Positions 36,715 to 48,337 of a stretch of 64,000 nt of DNA are shown in pieces. Numbering within the stretch: position 1 is the first letter of the stretch; each line of letters opens with the position of its first letter. Source of the DNA: Chiloscyllium plagiosum (Eukaryota); NCBI RefSeq assembly GCF_004010195.1, contig NC_057718.1, positions 102,765,775 to 102,829,774 on the forward strand, written 5' to 3'. Position numbers and translations under genes: made by a program. The notes under the pieces are model-generated. The model saw nothing but the letters and a program-made list of their open reading frames with translations, made no database searches and was not told the DNA's origin.

Positions 36715-37714
36715 ACTGTAAGACACATGCCTGACCTGGGTGACTGAAGCTTCAGACTGAGTAACAACTCATGGGACTAATGCATCATATCTTGGTAAAG
36801 GAAAGGACTGACATTGATTTAAGACATGCCCCCTTAGAGGTGGGCGTGTCAACCTATTACAACAGAGCACTTTCAGTGCCTCAAATCTGTTCCACCGTTC
36901 AATTAAGTCATGGCTGATCTGAAGGTCACTGGACCTGAAACATTCACTCTGCATTCTCTCTCCACAGATGCCGCCAGACCTGCTGATTTTCTCCAGCAGT
37001 TTCTGTTTGATTTCCAGCATCTTTGTTTTTGTTTAATGGTTGATCTGTGCTTCAATTCCACAGAACACCGTATGCAGTTTGATGAGAAATCTGAACTTGC
37101 ATGTACAAATAGAGGAGACAAGAAAATTGCTGCGTTCTTACTTCTCTGGTCGGGTCAAGTTAGGGATTTTCACAAATACATAAAGAGCCACAACCTACAT
37201 GAAGAATTATGAAACACAGGTTTAGATAGGCAAATGTAATTCCAAAACATTCAAAGCATTTTGTTGACCTTGATAACTCTGATAATTCGGCTGCTGGAGC
37301 AGCTGTTTTTGCAGTAAACACTGTTGCAGAACCTCAGCAAAGTTCTTCCACATCTGATTCATATCTGCTGCACAATCAAATCATCAAACTCATGGTTTAT
37401 TAAGTATGAAAAGGAGGGATAAGTATTTCCGAATCTTGTTTGAAGAAATGTGGGGAACTGATGACAAGGAGAATTGCCAGAAGCACATTCATCCTAAATC
37501 CAGAAAGATGGAGAAACAAAAACCAACACAATTAATTTGAAGTGAGATCACTTGAGGCCCCACATCTGCAGCGTTCTACAGCAAGAACGCTGGAAATGTA
37601 TACTGAGAAACGATTGCTGCTGCAGTGATCCACGCACACGTCCTGCGTGAAGGGATGAGTTATAGAAAGGTGAGGAATAGCTGTTTGAAAAAAAGTGCTG
37701 TTTTTGATGACACA

Positions 37715-38170
37715 TTCATGAGATCAGCATCATTGGCTTGACCAGCATTTATTTCCTCGTCCCCAGTTGCCCCTTGAGAGTGTGGTGGTGAGCTGCCTTC
37801 TTGAACCTCTGCAGTCAATGTGCTTGCCTGCCATACAATGCCCTTAGGGTGGGAGTTCCTGGATTTTGACCCAGTGACAGTGAAGGTATGGTGATAGACT
37901 TCCAAGTCAAGATGGCGGAGACTCGCAGGGAGTGGTGTTCCCATCTATCTTCTGCCCTGTTGATTAAGATGACAGAATTTGCAAGGTACAGTTGGAGGAA
38001 TCTGGGAGATTTGCTGCAGTACATCTTGAAGATAGTACACACCGTTGTGACTGGTGGAGGAAGTGAATACTAAAGGTGGTGGATGTAGTGCCACACTAGT
38101 GGGTTGCATTGTCCTGGATAGTGTTGAACTTCATGAGTGTTGTTGGAGCTGCACTCATCCAGACAAGTAA
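37715..38170 (-). mobile_element. Second CR1-group LINE family, 3' end
   Basis: Minus strand TGGATGAGTGCAGCTCCAACAACACTC...GGTTCAAGAAGGCAGCTCACCACCAC, colinear with 47525-48140 and 55695-56255. Confidence 0.8.
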
Positions 38171-38910
38171 GGAAAGCAAAAATGCCATTTGATGAAAAGA
38201 AAGTTATAGAGCTTATCAAAGGTAATAAATTAGATTCCCTACAGTGTGGAAACAGGCTCTTTGACCCAACAAGTCCACACCGACCCTCTGAAGAGTCATC
38301 TACCTAGATCCATTTCCCTCCGATTATATTATTTTATAAATTTGGAGTGCATTCCTTTTTAAGAGCAATAAACATTTCTCCAAGATCCTTCGGGATCAGA
38401 CATTCATCATCCCCCCCCACCCCCACTGTTTCCTCTTTACTCCTAACAGCAAGCATGGCGCGTGTTGAAAGGTGCAGGAATATATTAAGAAAGCTGAGCT
38501 TGCATATCAGACCGAGGCCAGCTGAGGACACTGAAGGCCTGGACAATGAGGAGTAATACTCTTACTGGCCCTGATCTGGGAGCACATCACTGCGCCCCAG
38601 AATAAATTCAGCTGGATTTGTGGAAGGTGTTTTGCCGGTTTTTCTTCCAGGAATATTCCATCACTTTATGGAGGGGTCTGTGCATGGAAAGGAAATCCAA
38701 GTGATGGAAGTAAGCTAGCTGATATTACCTTTGATGCTCTAGAAACAGAAGTTAGATTAATACATTCAGCATCGTTTGACTCTGAGTATTTGGAATCCTG
38801 GTGTATTTCTGACCTGTGCAATTGGTATGGTGCTACAAAATTATACTTCTTTACATTCTATCAGAGTCTTCGCTCATTCATCGGGGCAGGTGTGCTATGA
38901 TGCGACAGGT

Positions 38911-39750
38911 CACACCTCCCCCTCTTTTACCATCTTCTCTGTTCTTACTGAAACATCTAAATGCTGGAACCTGCAACAACCATTCCTGTTCCTGCTCTAT
39001 CCATGTCTCCGAAACAGCCACAACATCGGAGTCCCAGGTACCAACCCATGCTGCAAGTTCACCCACCTTATTCCGGATGCTTCTGGCATTGAAGTAGACA
39101 CACTTCAAACCAACTTCTTGCTTGCCGGTGCCATTTTGTGTCCCTGAAACTTGATTTTGGACCTCCCTACTATCACCATTTTCTATACTCAAACTACAAT
39201 TTTCGTTCCCACCCCCCTGCTGGATTAGTTTAAACCCTTGTAGAGGTCCCACCTACCCCAGAAAGAGCCCTAATTATCCAGGAATCCAAAACCTATCCTC
39301 CTGCACCATCTCTGTAGCCATGTGTACAACTCCTCTCTCTCCCTATTCCTTGCCTCACTAGCATGTGGCACGGGCAACAAACCAGAGACAACAACTCTGT
39401 TCGTCCTAGCTCTAAGCTTCCATCCTAGCTCCCTGAATTTCTGCCTTAAATCCCCATCTCTCTTCCTACCTATGTCGTTGGTGCCTATGTGGACCACGTC
39501 TTGGGGCTGCTCCCCTTCCCCCTTAAGGATCCCAAAATCACGATCAGAGACATCACAAACCCTGGTACCTGGGAGGCAACACACCAACCGTGAGTCTTTC
39601 CCGTCCCCACAGAACCTCCTATCTGTCCCAAAAACTATGGAGTCCCCAACGACTACTGCTCTGCTCCTCTTCCCCCTTCCCTTCTGAGCAGCAGGGACAG
39701 ATTCTGTGCCAAAGCCCTGTGCCTCACTGCTTTCCCCTGGTAAGTTGTCC
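38911..39750 (-). mobile_element. CR1 LINE internal fragment: ORF1 SGNH-type esterase plus start of ORF2 AP endonuclease, defective
   Basis: Minus translation VVVGDSIV...VCCLPG..V.DVSDR...VVHIGTNDIG...VVVSGLLPVP (ORF1), then LKCVYFNARSIRNKVGEL...DVVAVSETW...GKRGGGV (APE endonuclease). Confidence 0.9.
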
Positions 39751-39757
39751 CCTGGTA

Positions 39758-42700
39758 AGTGTTAACTCCCTGTGTTAATTACATTCATGGGGAATGGCAG
39801 TGTTAACTCCTGCATTAATTAGATTCCTGGTGAATGGCAGTGTTAACTCCCCATGTTCATTACATTAATGGGAAATGGCAGTATTAACACCCAAAGTTAA
39901 TTACATTAATTGGAATGGCAGTGTTAACTCCTCGTGTACAATAAGTGAATGGAGGTGGCAGGTCAGAGAGGAGAGTGGGGAAAGATAGCATAGAGTACAA
40001 TGGGTGAATGGGGGTGGGGCTGAAGGTGATAGGTCAAAGAGGAGGGTGGAGTGGAGAGGTGGAAAAAGAAGATAGGCAGGTAGGACAGGTCATGGGGACG
40101 GTGCTGAGCTGGAAGGGGAACTGGGGTGAGGTGGGGGGAGGGGAAATGAGGAAACTGGTGAAGTCCACATTGATGCCCTGGGGTTGAAGTGTTCTGAGGC
40201 GGAAGACAAGCCGTTCTTCCTCCAGGCCTCGGGTGGTGAGGGAACAGAGGTGGAGGAGGCCCAGGACCTGCATGTCCTCGGCTGAGTGGGAGGGGGAGTT
40301 GAAATATTGGACCACAGGGCGTGTGGTCCCGGAGGTGTTCCCTAAAATGCTCTGTGAGGAGGTGTCCAGTCTCCCCAATGTAGAGGAGACTGCATCGGGA
40401 GCAACGGATACAATAAGTGATATTGGTGGATGTGCAGGTAAAACTCTCCATGTTAATGACATTCATGGGGAATGGCAGTGTTAGCTCCCAATGTTAAATA
40501 CATTAATGGAGAATGGCAGTGTTAACCCCTGTGTTAATTACATGAATGCGGAATAGCAGTGTTAACACTCCCTATTAATTACATTAATGGGGAATGGCAG
40601 TGTTAACTCCAGTGTTAATTACTTTCATGGGAAATAACACTGTTAACTCCTATGTTAGTTACATTAATGGGGAATGGCAGTGTTAACTCCAGTGTTAATT
40701 ACATTAATGTGAAATGGCAGTGTTAACTCCAGTGTTAATTACTTTCATGGGAAATAACACTGTTAACTCCTGTGTTAGTTACATTAATGGGGAATGGCAG
40801 TGTTAACTCCAGTGTTAATTACAGTGTTAATTACATTAATGGGGAATGGCAGTGTTAACTCCAGTGTTAATTACTTTCATGGGAAATAACACTGTTAACT
40901 CCTGTGTTAGTTACATTAATGGGGAATGGCAGTGTTAACTCCCCATGTTAATTACACTAATGGGGAATGGCAGTGTTAACTCCTGTGTTAAATACATTCA
41001 TGGGGAATACCAGTGTTGGCTCCCCTACTTCCATTCTTGGGGAATGACAGTGTTAAATTCCTGTGTTAAATACATTTATGGGGAATAGCTGTATTAATAC
41101 CCCATACTAATTAAGTTAATGGGGAATAGCACCTTCTGTGTTAATTACATTAATGGGGAATGGCAGTCTTAACTCCCCGTTTTAATTACATTAATGGGAA
41201 ATGGCATTGTTAACTCCCCTTATTAGTTAGATTAATGGGGAATAGCAGTGTTAACTCCCCGTGTTAATTACATTAATGGGGAATGGCAGTGTTAACTCCC
41301 CATGTTAATTAGATTAATGGAAATGGTAGTGTTAACTCCTGTGTTAATTGCATTAATGGGGAATTACAGTGTTAACTCCCCATGTTAATTACATTAATGG
41401 GGAATGGTAGTGTTAACCCCCCCATGCTGACTACATTAATGGGGAATGACAGTGTTAACTCCCCATTTTAATTAGATTAATGGAAATGGTAGTGTTAACT
41501 CCCGTGTTAATTGCATTAATGGGGAATTACAGTGTTAACTCCCATGTTAATTACATTAGTGGGGAATAGCAGTGTTAACTCCCGTGTTAATTAGATTAGT
41601 GGGGAATGGCAGTGTTAACTCCCCATGTAAATGACATTCATGTGGAATGGCATTGTTTGCTACCCTTGTTAATTACATTCATGGGGAATGGCAGTGTTAC
41701 CTACCCGTATTAATTACATTAACGGGGAATGGTAGCGTTAACTCCTGTATTAATTACATTCATGGGGAATGGCAGTGTTAACTTCCCCTGTTAATTACAT
41801 GAATGGGGAATGGTAGTGTAAACTCCTGTATTAATTACATTCATGGGGAATGGCAGTGTTAACTTCCCCTGTTAATTACATTAATGGGGAATGGCAGTGT
41901 TAACTTCCCCTGTTAATTACATGAATGGGGAATAGTAGCGTTAACCCCCCATGCTGACTACATTAATGGGGAATGGCAGTGTTAACTCCCCATTTTAATT
42001 TGATTAATGGGAACGGTACTGTTAACTCCTGTGTTAATTACATTCATGGGGAATGGCAATGTTAGCTCCAATGTTAATTACATTAATTGGTAATGGCAGT
42101 ATTAACTCCTGTATTAATTGGATTAATGGGGAATGGCAGTGATAACTCCCCGTGTTAAGTACATTAGTGGGGAATAGCAGTGTTAACTCCCAATGTTAAT
42201 TTCATTAATGGGAATGGCAGTGTTAACTCTCCATGTTAATTACATTAATGCAGAATGGCAGTGTTAATTCTCCATGTCAATTACATTCATGGGGAATAGC
42301 AATGTTAGCTCCTGTGTTAATTACATTAATGGGGAATGGCAGTGTTAACTCCTGTGTTAATTAACACAGGAGTTAACACTGCCATTCCCTATTAATGTAA
42401 TTAGCATGGGGAGTTAACACTGCCATTCCCTATTAATCCAATGTTAACATGTTAACTTCCATGTTAATTACATTAATGGGAAATAGCAGTAATGAATACA
42501 GAGTTAACGCTGCCATTCCCCATTAATCTAATTAACACAGAGTAAACATTAATTACATTAATGGGGAGTGGCAGTGTTAACTCCCTGTGTTAATTACATT
42601 AATGAGGAATGGCAGTGTTAACTCTCAGCGTTAATTAAATTAATGGGGAATGGTAGTGTTAACTCCCATTTTACTTTCATTAATGGGGAATGGCAGTGTT

Positions 42701-43070
42701 AACTCCCCGTGTTAATTAGATTAATGGGGAATGGTGGTGTTAACTCCCCGTGTTAATTAGATTAATGGGGAATGGTGGTGTTAACTCCCAATCTAATTTC
42801 ATTAATGGGGAATGACAGTGTTAACTCCCCATGTTAATTAGATTAATGTGGAATGGCAGTGTTAACTCCCATTTTAATTTCATTAATGGGGAATAGTAGT
42901 GTTAACTCTGTGTTAATTACATTAATGTGGAATAGCAGTGTTAACTCTGTGTTAATTGCATTAATGGGGAATGGTAGTGTTAACTTTCTGTGTTTATTAC
43001 ATTAATGGTGAATAGCAGTGTTAACTCCCTGTGTTAATTATATTAATGGGGAATGGCAGTGTTAGCTCCT
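39758..43070. repeat. Tandem array, ~40-41 bp unit ATTAATGGGGAATGGCAGTGTTAACTCCTGTGTTAATTAC, roughly 70 units, interrupted at ~39938-40445
   Basis: Directly visible periodicity; unit count estimated from length. Confidence 0.97.
39938..40445 (-). mobile_element. Penelope-like GIY-YIG endonuclease fragment (frameshifted) with 3' UTR
   Basis: FTCTSTNITYCIRCSRCSLLYIGETG..L.EHFREH, then PVVQYFNSPSHS...EERLVFRLRTLQPQGINVDF in another frame. Confidence 0.9.
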
Positions 43071-43789
43071 TCGGTAAACTTTCTCATGTTACCTCCAACA
43101 TAACTACTGAGATCATTGTTCGTGGGAAAAGGCATTAGAATCAGAATTCGATTATATTTTCTGTTTGTTTCAAATTCTGGTTTTTGTATCCAAAATGGAA
43201 CTGGGGTACGGTGAGTTTGTACCTTTTTCATTGTACTCATGTATTCTTATACTGAGTACACTGACTATAGTCTCTAATTCTCATTCAAATTTCAATTCTA
43301 GTAATTACTTTGATCATTGTTAGAGGTGAAATGGTTTAGTTCTAAGCAACATGAGACTGCAAGTTGGCTCAACTTCTGAAATGTTCCCTGCAGCCAATCT
43401 GGTTACCGGTGAATTTTAACAGTAGAAATGGCCTGGGATGTTAACAAAATGACACACCAATGCTTGATTGAGCATGCCTGGACACAAAGCCTACACGTGC
43501 GCAGTAATATTTTGGCTCTGTGTTTCAAAGCATACAGACTTTTCAATCCAAAACATACGATCTAATCAACAAGGTTGGTTGCACGCACTAAGTAGGAAAT
43601 AAACTCAAGCAAACTGAAGAAAAGTCTTTGTCATTGTTCCTGTGTGTAAGGATAATGGTAGCCAAGTCAATTGTGGACAAAGTATGATAAGTTATGGAGC
43701 AATGTACAAGTATGGAAGTGAAAAGCAACTTTAACTCTTTGTACTTCCGATATGAAAGAAATGACAATTTCTTAATTAAAGGGTTTTTT

Positions 43790-44140
43790 AAAAAAAATTT
43801 ATTAACAGGAGTGCTGGCAAGTCCAGCATTTACTGCCTATTCCTTATCGCTCAGAGGGCAGTTAAGAGTCAACCATATTGCTGTAGGTCTGGAGTCACAT
43901 GTTGGCCAGACCAGGTAAGGTTGGCAGATTTCCATCCCTAAAGGACATTAGTGAACCAGATAGGCTTTTACCCCAACAATTGGCAATGGCTTCATGGTTG
44001 TCGTTAGACTCTTACTTCCAGATTTCACTGAATTCGAATTACACTATCTGCCATTGCAGGATTTGAACCTGGCTCCCCAGAGCATTACCTGTGCCTCTGG
44101 ATTAATGGTCTAATGATAATACCACTTGGCCATTGCCCCC
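43790..44140 (-). mobile_element. SINE family 2, near full length
   Basis: CAGAGGGCAGTTAAGAGTCAACC...CAGGATTTGAACC...ATAATACCACTTGGCCATTGCC. Confidence 0.8.
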
Positions 44141-44679
44141 CTGAAATTCAATTGTGTAATGTCACTTATGTGAACATATACAAATTAAACATAATTTGCG
44201 CCAACGATATTTATATTATTTGTGTTTTTAATATTAGGCGCTGCTGAAATTTCCTGTCTGTGATTGATCTGAAGTTTTTGATTCTAATTTTAGTATCTTG
44301 TAATTAGATTATTACTTGCTCTCCCTATAGAGTATCCTTCAAAACTTGAATTAGCTGCGTTAGGAAATGCTTCCTATATTTGACTTTATTTATTACACAG
44401 TAATTCATGTTTACCGAGGAATAAGTCAAATGTGTGTGCAGTGGTAATAAATGCATCTTGAACATAAGGTCATGAAACAAATGGCAGAAGACACCTGGAC
44501 TGAAAGCTTAGACACCAATATCCTCAAATCAGTGACAGAAGAAATGGCCAAACTCTGGTCCATCCCATTAAATATTTGAAAAGGTGGTGCTTTGCCACAG
44601 ACGACTGGGGGACACTGAATGTCGTTTCAAAGTTCAAAGCAGGAGTGAGGTAGAAGCCAGGATTGTGAATGTTTTGATT

Positions 44680-44885
44680 GGATTAGATTCCCTACAGTGC
44701 GGAAAAAGGTCCTTCGGCTCAACAAGTCCACACCGACCCTCCGAAGAGCTACCCACCCAGACCCATTCCCCTACTCATACACCTATCACTATGGGCAATT
44801 TAGCATGGCCAATTCACCTGAATTGCACATCTTTGGACTGTGGGAGAAAACCGGAGCACCCGGAGGAAACCCATACAGACACAGA
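44680..44885 (-). mobile_element. HE1 SINE, 5'-truncated
   Basis: GATTAGATTCCCTACAGTG...CCGGAGCACCCGGAGGAAACCCA. Confidence 0.85.
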
Positions 44886-44902
44886 TGGTCAGTGAAGAAA
44901 AT

Positions 44903-45272
44903 GATTGAATTGAATTGAATTGAATTGAATTTATTGTCACGTGTACCGAGACACAGTGAAAAGCTTTGTCTTGCGAGCAATACAGGCAGATCACAGAGTT
45001 AAATAGCATAGATAAGTAAATAATAGGTAAGCAATGGCAAAAACAAAAGCACAGGGACATGTAAAGTGTTTGTGAGTCCATTCAGTATTCTAACAACAGT
45101 AGGGTAGAAACAGTTTCGAAACCGGCTGGTGCATGTGTTCAGACTTCTGTACCTTGTCCCCGATGGTAGAGGTTGTAGAAAAACATTGCCAGGGTGGGAT
45201 GGATCTTTGAGAATGCTGGTGGCCTTTCCTTGGCAGCGGGCCTGGTAGATGGATTCTATAGATGGGAGGTTC
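44903..45272 (-). mobile_element. Rex1/Babar-like LINE 3' end with (ATTCA)n tail
   Basis: ORF 44999-45277 NLPSIESIYQARCQGKATSILKDPSHPGNVFLQPLPSGTRYRS...FYPTVVRILN; AATAAA then ATTCA repeats. Confidence 0.8.
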
Positions 45273-45629
45273 GACACGGTATGTCAGATACTCTCAATGT
45301 CCCTTAAAAGAGTATACAGATTGGTGGCAGTTTGCTCTCAGTGGGTATTTTAACTGCTGCAATGATCCTGTAACACAGAGTCAGACAGCATAGAAACAGG
45401 CCCTTCGGCCCACCATTATCTATGCTGACTAACAAACACCAAACTACACTCACCCATTTACATGCATGTAGCCCATAACCAACCATGTCCAGGCATTTTA
45501 CATACTCATCCAGATATTGCAAGAGTATCTACCTCCCTCACCTTCTCAGGCAGTGTGTTCCATAGACTGGGCATGAATATTGTGGCATTGAAGAATCCAA
45601 CAGACATTTATTTCAAACAACCATTATGT

Positions 45630-45940
45630 CATCATAGAATCCTTACAGTGCGGAAGCAGGCCATTTAGCCCATCAAGCTCACACCAACCCTCCAAAGAGC
45701 ATCCCATCCAGACCTAGCCAACCACCTTATCCTGGTAACCCCCATTTCCCATGGAAAGCTCACACAACCCCAGACATAATGGAACAATTTAGTGTGGCCA
45801 ATCCACCCTAACCTGCACGTCTTTGGAGTGTGGAAGGAGCACCCCGAGGGGACCCACACAGACAGTCACCCGAGGCTGGAATCGAACCCAGGTCCCTGGT
45901 GCTGTGAGGCAGCAGTGCTAACCACTGAGCCACCATGTCA
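45630..45940 (-). mobile_element. HE1 SINE
   Basis: CAGTCACCCGAGGCTGGAATCGAACCCAGGTCCCTGGTGCTGTGAGGCAGCAGTGCTAACCACTGAGCCACC. Confidence 0.85.
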
Positions 45941-46399
45941 CCTCTTTATAGCCATTGCAGTCCTCAGGCACATATCAGTCCAAAATAACATTCAGCTATT
46001 AGGCTACAACAGAGCAGCGTGCTTCCAGTAGAGTGCAATGCTTCATGTGATCAGAGGAGGAACGCACACAGGACCCTTATACCATCAGGACACATGGTAG
46101 AATCCAGTGATAATCTCTTGAGCATGTCTCTTAAAGGTATACCGATATACAAACCATCGACATAACAGGACATCCCCTCTTCTGACCACTTTATACCATT
46201 GGCATGGTGTGCGACAATATGGAAGAATGGATCATCTTCTGAAACATTGCTTGGTTGGTTCTGAATTTCTTGGATGCATTACCTTCTTAACACTTGCCTT
46301 GATGCCAGGTGAAGGACAGGGGGTTTTGAGGGGATTGAGGATTTTTCTTTCACTCAGAGGCTGGTGTGAATCTGGAATGTGCTCTCTGGGAGGAGAGTT

Positions 46400-46712
46400 T
46401 AGATTAGATTAGATTCCCTACAGTATGGCCCTTCAGCCCACCAAGCCCACACCGACCCTCCGAAGAGTAACCCATCCAGTCCCATTTCCCTCTGACTAAT
46501 GCACCTAACACTATGGGCAATTTAGCACAGCCAATTCACCTGAGCTGCACATCTTTGGACTGTGGGAGGAAACCGGAGTACCCGGAGGAAACCCACACAG
46601 ACATGGGGAGAATGTGCAAACTCCACACAGACAGTCACCCAAGGCTGGAATCGAACCTGGGACCCTGGTGCTTTGAGGCAGCAGTGCTAACCACTGAGCC
46701 ACCAAGCTGCCC
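46400..46712 (-). mobile_element. HE1 SINE, full length
   Basis: (TAATC)n tail, complete core and tRNA-like head. Confidence 0.9.
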
Positions 46713-47524
46713 AATCTCAAAACCTTTAAAAAGAACTTGGATGAGCACTTGAAATATCATAACAGGAGATGGGAATTGGGATTGGTGTAGATTTCAGGTA
46801 GTTTTCCTCAGTGCCAACTCAGTAGACCGAAGGACTGTATGATTCTGTGAATTCCACAGATCATTAATGAACCCAAACCCAAAGCTTTCTCGTGGCAATT
46901 TTGAGCTGGATGGCAAGCCAGGGAAACAGATCTTCTGTTCAAGGTAGAAGCTGCCTCCTTTCAATTCCGATGGAACGAAGGGTGAGTGGATCGACAAGTA
47001 GATATTCTGCCATCTAGACTGATTTACTTTGGCAGGGGAATAATAAGGCAAAACTTGGCTCAATTAAATGATCTGGGAAGAAGCAATTCTTTTTGTAATG
47101 TGCTGTAACTATTGCCCAAAAGGAACATTATAACAAGAGTCTGCTTTGAACAGTTAACCAATCCTGAGGTCTGAGAACATAATATAAGTTAATCATTCCA
47201 AGACATTGCATGTTATATTAATAGACTAGTTTATGGACTACTCCTAGAATCTTATTCAATGTCTCTAGGAGCCATTTGTGTCTAATATCCCAATAGGAGG
47301 ATGCTATTATATTTTAGTTTAATCATTAATCATCCAAATATTAAATGTTGGTATATTGGCACATGAAATGCTGTGCCTCAAGCAGAAAGTTACATATTTT
47401 GCACAGTACATATGATATCCAGATATTTTTCTTTGCATCATTTATAAACATTAAACAGTCAAAGTTTGTAAATAGTGTTAAAGATTGTGTCTGGCATAGA
47501 AAGAGGCCATCTGGTCCATTGAGC

Positions 47525-48140
47525 CAATGTCTTTGGGTGTGACCATTGACCAGAAACCAAACTGCTCCAGCCAGACAAATACTGTGCCAACAAGGGTACA
47601 AGAGAGGAGTAATCCACCTCCTGCCTCCCTAAACTCTGTCCACCATCTACAAGGCACAAGTCAGGAGTGTGATGGAACACTCTCCACTTGTCTGGATGGT
47701 TCAGCTCCAACAACACTTAAGCAGTCTGCTTGATTGGCACCACATCCACAAACATCCACTCTCTCCACCACTGATGCTCAGTAGCAGCAGTGTGTACTAT
47801 CAACAAACTGCACTGCAGAAATTCACCAAAAAACCCTTTGATAGCACCTTCCAAACCCACAAACACTTTCATCTAGAAGGATAAGTGCAACAGATACACA
47901 GGAACACCCCATCCTCTGCAAGTTCCCCTCCAAGCCATTCACCATCCTGACTTGAAAATATGTTTGTGTTCCTTCACTATCACTGGGTCAAAATCCTGGA
48001 ATTCCACCCTAAGGGCATTGTGGGTCAATCTATAGCACATGGACTGTAGCGGTTCATTCCCACCATCTCAAGGTGCAACTAGAGACCGCCATTAAATGCT
48101 GGCCCAGCCAGCCATGCTGATCCCGTGAATGACTAAAAAA
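47525..48140 (+). mobile_element. Second CR1-group LINE family (Zenon-like motif; clade not firm), 3' end
   Basis: LGVTIDQK.N..S; TIYKAQVRSVMEHSPLVWM; tail GCAACTAGAGACCGCCATTAAATGCTGGCCCAGCC. Confidence 0.8.
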
Positions 48141-48268
48141 TAATTCAGGTCAATCTGTCTTGTGAAAAGGCTGATGATTATTATGATGATGTTGAAAGTA
48201 GCCACAATGAGCTGAAAAAGTGTTGCTGGAAAAGCTCAGCAGGTCAGGCAGCATCCAAGGAGCAGTAG

Positions 48269-48304
48269 AATCGACGTTTCGGGCATAAGCCCTTCTTCAG
48301 GAAT
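48269..48304 (-). ncRNA. Minimal hammerhead ribozyme motif (family A)
   Basis: Minus strand ATTC-CTGAAGA-A-GGGC-TTAT-GCCC-GAAA-CGTC-GATT: CUGANGA core, 4 bp stem II, GAAA, GUC triplet. Confidence 0.65.
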
Positions 48305-48337
48305 CCTGAAGAAGGCTTTATGCCTGAAACGTCAATT
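48303..48337 (+). ncRNA. Minimal hammerhead ribozyme motif (family A)
   Basis: CTGAAGA(48306-48312)-AGGC-TTTAT-GCCT-GAAA-CGTC(48333). Confidence 0.55.

Noticed and set aside
39758..43070. CRISPR-like array
   Set aside because: Units are contiguous with no unique spacers, no cas genes, vertebrate context
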